From: Rubripirellula sp.
GTDB taxonomy: Bacteria; Planctomycetota; Planctomycetia; Pirellulales; Pirellulaceae
Length of the DNA: 64,000 bases
Direction of reading: 5' to 3'
Assembly: GCA_965216875.1 (NCBI GenBank)
Contig: OZ244207.1
Coordinates: 7,424,001-7,488,000 of the forward strand
The notes under the pieces were generated by a model that did not search any database, was not told the origin of the DNA, and saw nothing but the letters and a program-made list of their open reading frames with translations. Below, in pieces: positions 28,943 to 37,709 of the stretch. Position numbers and translations under genes: made by a program. Every line of letters begins with the position of its first letter. The first letter of the stretch is position 1.

Positions 28943-30904
28943 CTAGTTGGCAGCCGCCAAACTCGCCTCGATCTTTGGCAATTGTCCGGCGAGATAGCGT
29001 GGCAGCAGCATCAACGCCCGGCCACTTTCCTGATCAAACGCGTAACGAAACGCATCCTGGGCTCCGATCACGCTGCGGACACGTTGCTCAAACATCTTTC
29101 CGCCTTCGGCGAGAGGTTTGGTCCAAACAACGATCGGAGCCCGGTCGTACGTCGCCGGAGCCCCGATCCACCATCGGTCTTCGTCGATCTTTCGAACCTG
29201 AAGGTCAAAGGGGCTGAAAACCCGATCGAACATCTTCGCGGCGTCGTCGCCAGCATGGGGGATCAACGTGTGAGCTGGTGAGAGCCGTCGCCGGACGGCG
29301 TCGGTCCATTGAATCACCACGCTGGCTTGGTTTTGCTTTGCAGTGCGACGCACCAGGCCCGCGATCGAAATGGGGGTGATTGGTTGAGCAATCGGGTCGC
29401 CGCCGGAGAGCTGTTCCCAGGTAATCGGTCGGTCTTCCTTGGTCTGGCCCCAATGCGCAAACAACGGGTCGGAAACTTTCGGGGCGACGCCCCGCATCCG
29501 CCGCAGCGACTCGGTTGCCAGAATCAGGAATTGTTTCTCTTCTCGCGTGTCACCAACTTGGAGTGTTCCGCCGTCGTTCGGTTGGTCACTGACAAACTCG
29601 TTCAACAGCAGGACGGCCGAGTCACTTCCGGCGCCAAAGTCGTCAAGTTCAATCACCTCGGCTAGCTTGGCGTCGAACGTTGCATCGCTGGGCGTGAGAA
29701 CCAGCAATTGCTCGCGAATCTGCACTTCGGCACCGATCGCTTGGCCGATCTGCTCGAGCAGTTTCATCGCCGGTGTCAGTTCCGTGCGTTTCGTTTTGAA
29801 GTAGCGGTGGGCGTCAATGCCGGCCAGATCGAACGAAACCAAGTCAATCTGCACCGGGACATCACTCACCTGGCTAAGGATCAATGCCAGCTCAGTGAGA
29901 CGATAGTTGCCATCATCAAACGCGATGGGAATCGAGAAATCTGCCACCGGATTGATCTTTCGCGGCGGATTCAACGCGAGGTCAGGGTCGATTTGTTCGG
30001 TAGCAGCCGCCTCGAGGTTCAATTCATCAAGTGTCGGTGGCGCCTTCTCGGTTGGCCTGAGATCAACCGGGCCAAACGGTGCAAGGACATCCCCGAACTC
30101 GGCCAAGCCATCGGGGATCTTCATCATCATTTCCGGTTCATCGCCGCCCTTCTCTTCGGCCGGTGCGATGGCGACTGGTGCGATTGCGACCGGTTGAACA
30201 AGCGGTGATTCCGTTAGCGAACCACCGGGAGGTGGTGGTGGCGTCGGTTCGTCGACTCGGGGTTGTTGTGCCGGTTTTTCGTTTTCGACAACCGATTCAA
30301 CGTCCTCGGTGTTGGCTTGGTTGGGTTCGGCTCGGTTGGGGTTTGCTTCGGAGGTTTGACGCTCCGTGTTCGCGTCGACTTGTTGTTCAGAGTCGCCAGG
30401 TGGATCGGCATCGACCGTTGCTTGCTGTTGCGCTGGGTCGGTATCCACTTCAGCTGCAGGATCTTGCTGCGCCACGTTGTCGTTGCTGCGCCAGTTGCGA
30501 ACAAACCAGCTGAACAACAAGACGGCAGCCAACAATCCTGAAATGGAAACTGCGGCAACCAAAGCAATTTGCCGGGAACGCTGCGAACGCGAACTCTGCC
30601 ACTGCGGTGGGATCGGTGCGGCACCGGTCGTGTCTTCGCTTGTTGCTTCGCCGCCTACGAAACCGCCGCTTGTTTCAACTTGGTTTGCATCCGAGTCGGT
30701 TTCTGGACTCGAGATCGCATCTTCGGTAATCGCTTGGGTATCAACGCTTGATCCGCCCACCGCAACTTGATGTGCCGGCGGGTCGATTTGCACCATCGAC
30801 TCGCATTTGGGGCAACTCGCAATCGTTCCGACCAACGACGGATCGGTGACGCGCAAGCGGCTACCGCAAGTCAGGCATTCAACAGAATATGGCTCGAACG
30901 ACAC
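28943..30904 (-). CDS. Hypothetical bitopic protein with N-terminal Zn-ribbon
   Basis: CLTC...CPKC, one TM (IALVAAVSISGLLAAVLLFSWFV), a Pro/acidic linker and a globular C-terminus. GTG start. Confidence 0.75.
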   Translation of the reverse strand: MSFEPYSVECLTCGSRLRVTDPSLVGTIASCPKCESMVQIDPPAHQVAVGGSSVDTQAITEDAISSPETDSDANQVETSGGFVGGEATSEDTTGAAPIPPQWQSSRSQRSRQIALVAAVSISGLLAAVLLFSWFVRNWRSNDNVAQQDPAAEVDTDPAQQQATVDADPPGDSEQQVDANTERQTSEANPNRAEPNQANTEDVESVVENEKPAQQPRVDEPTPPPPPGGSLTESPLVQPVAIAPVAIAPAEEKGGDEPEMMMKIPDGLAEFGDVLAPFGPVDLRPTEKAPPTLDELNLEAAATEQIDPDLALNPPRKINPVADFSIPIAFDDGNYRLTELALILSQVSDVPVQIDLVSFDLAGIDAHRYFKTKRTELTPAMKLLEQIGQAIGAEVQIREQLLVLTPSDATFDAKLAEVIELDDFGAGSDSAVLLLNEFVSDQPNDGGTLQVGDTREEKQFLILATESLRRMRGVAPKVSDPLFAHWGQTKEDRPITWEQLSGGDPIAQPITPISIAGLVRRTAKQNQASVVIQWTDAVRRRLSPAHTLIPHAGDDAAKMFDRVFSPFDLQVRKIDEDRWWIGAPATYDRAPIVVWTKPLAEGGKMFEQRVRSVIGAQDAFRYAFDQESGRALMLLPRYLAGQLPKIEASLAAAN

Positions 30905-31206
30905 CCGGCCCTCGGATGGTAGGGAAAAGAATGGCGGAATCGGACAATGTGGGAAGTCTCCCGCGCTCTTGATTCAATGTGCAAAAACGCGTGAAAACCG
31001 GCACCGGGCGACCACGGTCCTCAACCACGAGGGGCCAGCAAAAGTGGACGAGGTTGCCAGAAATGTCGCCATCCAGACCCCAGCTTACTAGATCCGTTGC
31101 GTTCACAGACCCGCAAATCGCGACCAATCGAGGCTCACGATGCCGTTTTGCGTCAAAACTGACGGTTAGGCCACCAAAACGGGTGAGTTGCCAAGCGGTA
31201 CGGTTC

Positions 31207-31221
31207 AAGACACAATGTCTT
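31207..31221. promoter_or_regulatory. Candidate BlaI/MecI-type operator
   Basis: Palindrome AAGACA-CAA-TGTCTT about 30 bp upstream of the BlaI-family gene. It resembles the ACA..TGT dyad of BlaI/MecI/CopY boxes. Confidence 0.5.
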
Positions 31222-31252
31222 CTCGTCATTCATTTATCCAAAGGCGATTGCC

Positions 31253-31651
31253 ATGGCCAGAAAAGCGCAAGATGTGACCGATGCCGAGCTTGCGATCATG
31301 GAACAACTGTGGGGCGAAGGGCCCTCGAGTGTTCGCAACTTGGCGGAGCACCTTTATGGGAACGCATCGACATCGAATACGGCGACCGTTCAAAAACTGC
31401 TCGGCCGTCTTGAGACCAAAGGGTTTGTTGAACGCGACCAATCGGTTTGGCCACGATTGTTTCGGGGTGTGATTGAGCGTGCCGAGTTGATCGGTCGTCG
31501 ACTACAGACAACGGCCGACGAACTTTGCGAAGGATCGATGGGACCCTTGCTGACCCATCTTGTTCGCAGTGGCACGTTGTCTCGCAACGACCGCGACAAA
31601 CTAAAAACACTGCTCGAAGATCTGGACCAGTCAAAATCTTTGGAGGGTTGA
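31253..31651 (+). CDS. BlaI/MecI/CopY family repressor
   Basis: VTDAELAIMEQLW, TVQKLLGRLETKGFVER and LCEGSMGPLLTHLV. Confidence 0.93.
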   Translation: MARKAQDVTDAELAIMEQLWGEGPSSVRNLAEHLYGNASTSNTATVQKLLGRLETKGFVERDQSVWPRLFRGVIERAELIGRRLQTTADELCEGSMGPLLTHLVRSGTLSRNDRDKLKTLLEDLDQSKSLEG

Positions 31652-31654
31652 TCG

Positions 31655-32764
31655 ATGTTGACGTTCGAGCCTTATTGGATTGTCAGTTGGATCGTAAGCA
31701 ACACGGTGATCGCCGGGCTGATCGCATTGTTTGCCTTAGCGGCGGATCGCTGGTTTCGTCGCCCCGCCCTTTCGCACGTCCTTTGGATGCTGGTGTTGAT
31801 CAAGTTGCTGACGCCACCCATTGTGACGTTGCCGATCGCGATTGATGCGTCGCAGCTCAATTGGATTGCGGGCTATGAATGGTCGTCGGCCGAGCTTGCT
31901 GACAAAGCCGATGCGAATCGATTGTCGCTGGTGGGAAGTGCTGTTGCGCGTCACCCGTTTTCGACAGCATCGGGTACGTTCTTAGCTTTGCTCGGGATTT
32001 GGATGGTCGGTTCGTGTGCGCTTGCCGTCTGGGTGAAACGCTCCACTGGTCGGTTGCATCGACTCATTCTGGATTGCGGTCGCCCCTCTGACGTGGCGAC
32101 GGCGGAAGTGAAAGAGCTAAATGAACAACGTGAGTCGATCGAACACAATCCGCCACGCGTTTGGTTGATTGACGCAGTCGTCTCACCCATGCTTGTTGGC
32201 ACGGGGCACCGCGCGAAGATTGTGTTTCCGGAGTCGCTGTGGAATCACCTGGATGATGAATCCCGACGGTTACTCTTAGCGCACGAACTTGAACATTGGT
32301 ATCGCCGAGATTCGCTCGTACGGTATCTGGAAGCAATCGCTTGGATTGTGCTCTGGTGGCACCCGTTGGTATGGATCGCTCGTTCACGCATCGAAGAGTG
32401 CGAAGAACGATGCTGTGACCTTGCGGCGTCGGGACGTTGTGAACAGTCACCACGTCGATACGCGGAAGCGATCCTTGTCACGCTCGACTTTTTGTCAGAG
32501 CCGGCGACTTGGCAGACTCAGCTGTCCCGCCGTCCGATGGCAAGCACGATCGGTCGCGTTCCGCAAATCGAACAGCGTTTGCGTGAAATCATGTCGAACA
32601 CAAGTCGCGGCCACATCGGGCGATCGAGCTGGATTGTGATTGTGTTGGTCCTATTCGCGTTGCCGCTGCACCCCGCGCTTGTGATGAGCCAAAAGGTGAC
32701 GCAACCGGTTCAGTCCTCAGTTGTTATGGGCAGCGAGTCAAATATCGACGTCGATCAACGTTGA
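31655..32764 (+). CDS. BlaR1-like M56 metallopeptidase without a sensor domain
   Basis: LWMLVLIKLLTPP, LAHELEHWYRRD (HExxH), WWHPLVW, EERCCD and YAEAI. Confidence 0.9.
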   Translation: MLTFEPYWIVSWIVSNTVIAGLIALFALAADRWFRRPALSHVLWMLVLIKLLTPPIVTLPIAIDASQLNWIAGYEWSSAELADKADANRLSLVGSAVARHPFSTASGTFLALLGIWMVGSCALAVWVKRSTGRLHRLILDCGRPSDVATAEVKELNEQRESIEHNPPRVWLIDAVVSPMLVGTGHRAKIVFPESLWNHLDDESRRLLLAHELEHWYRRDSLVRYLEAIAWIVLWWHPLVWIARSRIEECEERCCDLAASGRCEQSPRRYAEAILVTLDFLSEPATWQTQLSRRPMASTIGRVPQIEQRLREIMSNTSRGHIGRSSWIVIVLVLFALPLHPALVMSQKVTQPVQSSVVMGSESNIDVDQR

Positions 32765-32788
32765 GCTTCGGGCATGCAGTGTTGCGAC

Positions 32789-34702
32789 CTAAGTATTGAA
32801 ATTTGATCGGAAGACTGCGAAGTCAAATAGATCGATGATCCCATCGCCATTGGAGTCGAACTCGGAGCGGTATCGGCTCTCTTGTTCTGTTGCTGCGTAG
32901 GCCTGTCGAAACTGGGCAAAATCAAAGAGATCCACACGGCCAGACCCGTCCACGTCGCCGTACTTGCGAAAGAACTGATCGGCTTGGTCATCGCCAAAGA
33001 CAAAGTCTTGCCCAATGTCTCCATTGCCTGTTCCATCGAGCGCGACGCCATCTGATGAAACGGCGCTGGCATCGATGGAAAGTTCATATTGGCCATCGGC
33101 TAAAGAGCCGGTTGCGGTCACTGATGAGCCCGGCAGGAACGTAAGGGTGACGACGGTTTTCCCATCGATCTGTTCAATCTGGCTTTCTGTCGCCACCGTC
33201 TCGCCGGTGGTCTTGTTCATGATCGTAAATGGTGACCCATTGGATAGAACAAGCTGGACGATCTGGTTAAAAACGATGGTGATTTCGTCGACCGATGATC
33301 GTTGAACGTCGCCCTGGTTGATGATTACCTCGTCGACAACGGCTGGTTGCACGGAGGGTTTTTCGTAGGCACCGATATCGTGCGCTGTGCCTTGTGGACG
33401 TTGGTTTCCTTCACGGTCAATGTCGACCCCGACGATCGCAACGCCGCTGTCAATCAGCGATGAATGGTTGGCGAGTCGGTAGTCTCGATTTGCCGCATCG
33501 GCGAAATCCGCTGCAGTCGCCAGCACATTGCTTGGGTCGGAAGCCACCGATGGGATCGACCCAACGAATGCATTGTTGCGCAAGTCCCAGCTACCTGTGC
33601 CGCCGCTGCCGCCTGCAAATTGAAGCATCGTGTCGATGCCGTCTCCAAAGGTTGTGTTGTATACCTGCAGGTTGGCGAGGTCATCTTCGGCGCGAATCGC
33701 TTTGTCAACGTCATAGACCACGGCGTTGGCAATGGTCACGTCGGCATTACCCCGCGTCCCTCTCAATCGAAATGCGATTTCACTGTCATAGACCGTGATT
33801 CCATCAAAAACCGCTTCGATCTTTTCTTTCATGTTGAAGACGGCTTTGTTGTTGATGTATCCGTCCTGCACCCAGCCGTGGGCAACGACATCACGAATCG
33901 TGATTTTCATTCGTTCAACGGATTCCCAACCCGACTTGACCATTTTGGTGTCGACAGCGTTCTCGCCGGGGCGCTCGCCCGCGTTCCACTCGTTAAAGGC
34001 TTCGGCCAGCGGGCCCGTCCAAAAGTGACTCCCTTCGATCAGGATGTCCGTCGTGATGGTGGTGTTGCGATCCGGGTCGGCTTGAAAAGAGTCCCCCGAA
34101 ACGTGGTGGACTTCGGTGTTGCGAATGGTCAAGCCGCGCGTGTCGGTCGCAACGATCCCATGTGCATCCACTTGGTTGGTGAAAGAACCTGCCAAAAAGT
34201 GGTGAATCAACAGACCGTCGATCACCAATCCATCGGCATCATTGGCATCGATTCCGTCATTGGCACCATTGCGAACGATCATGTCTTTCAACATGACGCC
34301 TGGGGCACGAACGATGACGGCGTCGCCCGATTGTTTGTTGTGGTCGACGATGATATCGAAAAGGTGAGTATGGCTGCCGTTGATCCGCAGTCGATTTAGA
34401 ATCGGTGCGTCGCCTTGACCGTACGTCTGGACCAGGATCGGGTTGGCCGCATTGCCGCTAAAGTCTTGTTCCCAATACTCGTTCCAAGCCGAGCCGCGTT
34501 TGAGCAAAACAACATCACCGGGCAAGAGCGTCTGCTGCTCGAGTCGTGCGATGGAAGCCCACGCTTCGGTTTCGCTTGTTCCCGTACTGGTGTCGTCGCC
34601 ATCAACCTGGCTTACGTAATAGGTCGCAAGGAGTCGCCGCCCCTCGAGCGATTCAAGCTTCAACCGGCGGTGGCGACCGAAAGGTCTTTTCGATTGGTTC
34701 AT
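32789..34702 (-). CDS. Planctomycete extracellular protein: right-handed beta-helix plus dockerin-like C-terminus
   Basis: N-terminal RRLKLESLEGRRLLA motif, parallel beta-helix repeats, a D.EG..RP.G.A.DIGAYE segment and twin Ca-binding loops GDVDGSGRVDLFDF / DSNGDGIIDLFDF. Confidence 0.85.
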   Translation of the reverse strand: MNQSKRPFGRHRRLKLESLEGRRLLATYYVSQVDGDDTSTGTSETEAWASIARLEQQTLLPGDVVLLKRGSAWNEYWEQDFSGNAANPILVQTYGQGDAPILNRLRINGSHTHLFDIIVDHNKQSGDAVIVRAPGVMLKDMIVRNGANDGIDANDADGLVIDGLLIHHFLAGSFTNQVDAHGIVATDTRGLTIRNTEVHHVSGDSFQADPDRNTTITTDILIEGSHFWTGPLAEAFNEWNAGERPGENAVDTKMVKSGWESVERMKITIRDVVAHGWVQDGYINNKAVFNMKEKIEAVFDGITVYDSEIAFRLRGTRGNADVTIANAVVYDVDKAIRAEDDLANLQVYNTTFGDGIDTMLQFAGGSGGTGSWDLRNNAFVGSIPSVASDPSNVLATAADFADAANRDYRLANHSSLIDSGVAIVGVDIDREGNQRPQGTAHDIGAYEKPSVQPAVVDEVIINQGDVQRSSVDEITIVFNQIVQLVLSNGSPFTIMNKTTGETVATESQIEQIDGKTVVTLTFLPGSSVTATGSLADGQYELSIDASAVSSDGVALDGTGNGDIGQDFVFGDDQADQFFRKYGDVDGSGRVDLFDFAQFRQAYAATEQESRYRSEFDSNGDGIIDLFDFAVFRSNFNT

Positions 34703-34831
34703 CTAGGAATCCCGTGTTTTGGCTTGCAATCACTCTATCCCAAACGCCCGATGGGCGTGGTTTTGGGGTTAGAGTTTGGTTTTCCTGGGATGGTTCCACC
34801 GCAGAAAACCAGATTGCGGGGATTCGCCGCA

Positions 34832-36616
34832 CTACGGTCTCAATTGGCCGATCGCAAAGAGAAGTTCAAGCTGAGCGCGGTTGTAGTTGCTGACCGCGGC
34901 GGTTCGGTCCGCGAGGCTGCCAGCCCGCGCGACAATTGCCTGCAATAGCTCGATCGGCAGTCCTTCGTCGGCCCGGATGCGTTTTAGGTTTCGCTGATAG
35001 CTTGCTTCGGCTTTTGCCAACGCGTCTTCGGCAGTCGCGATTTGGCTTCGGTAGTTTTGGACGTTTTCATACGCCTGGACAACTTCGGCGGTGATGGCGT
35101 CCTTCAGGTCAGCCATCTCGATGCGCTGCTGCTGTAACTGGCTGCCTGCTCGGGTGCGGTTTGCGGCAACACCCAGCCCCATGCTGTCGAGTTGCCAAAT
35201 CGCTTGAAGATCGACGTCACTACGGCTGGCTTGGTTGTCGAGATTTGATCCTTGGCCGCCTCCAAAACTGCCGCCGCTCGCAGCCATGGTCACTGACGGG
35301 ATCCAAGGTTCGACCTGCGCTTTTTTGACGGCAAGGCAAAGGCCTGCGATTCGATGCGACAACTCTATGATCTCTGGACGCCGGCAAAGTGCCGTCGAGA
35401 TGTAGGTGTTGACGTCCCCTTCAAGCCGGTCCAGTTCGATGGGGACAATCACTTGGTCGGCTGGATGCAAAGAGAATCGCGGGTCGAGTCGCAGACGCCG
35501 CGACAAGCCTGCCGACCGCACGCGAAGGCTACGTTTCGCATCTTGCAATCGTTGAGATAGCCGGGCCTTTTCTGTTGCGGCGCGATCGACGTCCGCTTGC
35601 GCACCGGCGCCCGCCTTGGCGAAGGTTTCGGTCAGGTGCAAGAGTTCGGTTGCTGCATCGATGGCGGCTTGGGCGTCGGCAACCTGTCCAGCGGCTTCGA
35701 CCAAATCGACATAGGCAACGCCCGCGTCACGCAGCGCTTCTGCCTTTGCGGCAAACACGCCTGCGTTTTCGGCGGACAGATTGCGCGATGCGATCTTCGG
35801 TTCAAAGAAGGCGTCCGCCAACGCCAAGTCGGCGAACAATCGAAACGGGCCTCCGCTACCGCCGGCGACCGGCGCACCAAAGGTCGCACCACCTCCGACG
35901 AAGAGCGAGTTTCGCGATGCTTCGATGACGTTTCCGTCCGAGGCTTGGACGCGACCATCATGTTTGTTCCAGCCAACGCCAAGTTGCAAGGTGGGAAGCC
36001 AGAGGGCACGAGCCTGAAGCAAGTCCGCGTGCGCCTCGACCGTTCGTTGTCGTGCGAGCTGAATCGTCCACGCATTGGCGCCGGCCATGCCAAGGGCACT
36101 TCCCAAGTCAATCGTTTGTTCCGTCATCGCAATGGATGAGGACTCGATTGGTTGCGGTAAAGGGACATCACGCAACTGGGTATCACGTAATTGGGCATCA
36201 CGGGCGATCTGCTGAGGATTCGCCAAAGCCATCGGGTCCGTGTCGACGGTCGCCGGTGCGATGGTGTTAGCGTTGAGCTCGATTGGCGGTGTCAGATCGT
36301 TCGTGTCTTTGGCAAGCAAGTCGCGTCCATTAATGATGTCGCTTGCCGAGGCGATCGTCAGTTCGGGGCGTGCAGCGGTGCGGTGGGAAACGGTGTGGAC
36401 CCTTGGCTTCTGGACATTCAGGTTGACCACTCGTTCCTCCGCTTCCACGCTCGCCGAGGACCATGGATTCAATTGGCGAAGCCCACGGATCGGATTTCCG
36501 ACCTGGCATCCCGCGATGGGGACGAGCAATAACGCGGCGATGATTTGGCGACGACTCCGGCTGTGCGTGGAGCCTCGTTTCGCTTTGAGTCGTGTCATCT
36601 GCATGCTTCCCTGCAT
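34832..36616 (-). CDS. TolC-family outer membrane efflux lipoprotein
   Basis: Lipobox IAGC and two OEP repeats (WLPTLQLG; ALCRRPEI; YNRAQLELLFAIG). Third gene of the RND operon. Confidence 0.88.
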   Translation of the reverse strand: MQGSMQMTRLKAKRGSTHSRSRRQIIAALLLVPIAGCQVGNPIRGLRQLNPWSSASVEAEERVVNLNVQKPRVHTVSHRTAARPELTIASASDIINGRDLLAKDTNDLTPPIELNANTIAPATVDTDPMALANPQQIARDAQLRDTQLRDVPLPQPIESSSIAMTEQTIDLGSALGMAGANAWTIQLARQRTVEAHADLLQARALWLPTLQLGVGWNKHDGRVQASDGNVIEASRNSLFVGGGATFGAPVAGGSGGPFRLFADLALADAFFEPKIASRNLSAENAGVFAAKAEALRDAGVAYVDLVEAAGQVADAQAAIDAATELLHLTETFAKAGAGAQADVDRAATEKARLSQRLQDAKRSLRVRSAGLSRRLRLDPRFSLHPADQVIVPIELDRLEGDVNTYISTALCRRPEIIELSHRIAGLCLAVKKAQVEPWIPSVTMAASGGSFGGGQGSNLDNQASRSDVDLQAIWQLDSMGLGVAANRTRAGSQLQQQRIEMADLKDAITAEVVQAYENVQNYRSQIATAEDALAKAEASYQRNLKRIRADEGLPIELLQAIVARAGSLADRTAAVSNYNRAQLELLFAIGQLRP

Positions 36617-36687
36617 GAGCGTTCATGTTGAGGTGCGTGTGGCGTCAAGCGTCGATCCATCAAACGCATTGACTTGCTTGGTCGCGA

Positions 36688-37707
36688 CTATCTGCTGGTG
36701 TTGGTCTTGATCGTTGCCGACCCGTACTGCCCACTCAGCAGCGGGTAGCGTTTTGTCGATTCGTCGTATTTGTTTTGGATGTCCACTTCGACTCGCATCG
36801 TTCGCGTTTTCAAGCTGAGCGATTGGCCGATTCGGCTAACCCTTAGGGCACCACCGTCGGGGGCGGCCGCTTTGTCCGCGTTGGCGAACTGTGAAAGGGT
36901 AACGGCGTCGCCAAGATTGACTTGCGATGCTTCGGCTGCGGGTACGGTGACGACACCGCGCAAAGTGTCCACCTTTTCAATCACTAGCAGAGGCGAGCCT
37001 GTTCCCGCGTTCTGACTGACCAACCGACCTGGATCGACACTCCTGGAGGTAATCAGTCCAGCGAAGGGAGCTCGGATTTGCCGCAGTTGATCTTGGGCAA
37101 CCGCGTGAGCCAACTGTGCTTTGGCAACCTCGATTCCGGAGCTTGCAAATTCAACTTCGTTCTTCGCTGCTGCGACGGCAGCTTCGGCCGCAGAGACGTC
37201 TGCCTCGATTTTGGTCACTGCCGCCTCGACAGCTAGAAGAGCGTATTGGGCCTCATCAAGTTTTTCTTTCTGCACCGCGCCGCCCTGGACCAACAAGGCG
37301 TAGCGATCTCGTTCACTCGTGCGTAGCTGTTTCAGCGCGGCTTGTTCATCGCGAGCTGCACCCGCTTGACGCAGTTTTGCCTGAGCGACCAGCACAGCAC
37401 CTTTGGCAACGGACAGGTTTGCTTCTGCTTGTCGCACCATTTGCTCGCGCCGTCGTACTTCCGCTTCAAGTTCGGGGGCATCGAGGGTGACGAGCGTCTG
37501 CCCCATTTCAACGCGATCGCCAATGTCGACATGCACTTCGCGTACATAGCCTTCGATGCGCGCGTGCAGCTCTGTTTTTTGGTCTGCCATCAGCGTCATG
37601 GGCAATCGAATCTCGCTTCGCTGAGCCAACACGGTGGCATGGCAGCACAGCGATACAATGATCGCCAGGCATACGGTATTCGGGTTGAATCTTGAGCACG
37701 TGGGCAT
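36688..37707 (-). CDS. RND efflux periplasmic adaptor (MFP)
   Basis: ARIEGYVREVHVDIGDRV, coiled coil, IRAPFAGLIT.R.VDPG and TRTMRVEVDI. Confidence 0.9.
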   Translation of the reverse strand: MPTCSRFNPNTVCLAIIVSLCCHATVLAQRSEIRLPMTLMADQKTELHARIEGYVREVHVDIGDRVEMGQTLVTLDAPELEAEVRRREQMVRQAEANLSVAKGAVLVAQAKLRQAGAARDEQAALKQLRTSERDRYALLVQGGAVQKEKLDEAQYALLAVEAAVTKIEADVSAAEAAVAAAKNEVEFASSGIEVAKAQLAHAVAQDQLRQIRAPFAGLITSRSVDPGRLVSQNAGTGSPLLVIEKVDTLRGVVTVPAAEASQVNLGDAVTLSQFANADKAAAPDGGALRVSRIGQSLSLKTRTMRVEVDIQNKYDESTKRYPLLSGQYGSATIKTNTSR

Positions 37708-37709
37708 CG

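Noticed and set aside
31253..32764. Beta-lactam resistance locus
   Set aside because: There is no penicillin-binding sensor domain or beta-lactamase, and BlaI/M56 pairs are widespread in planctomycetes.
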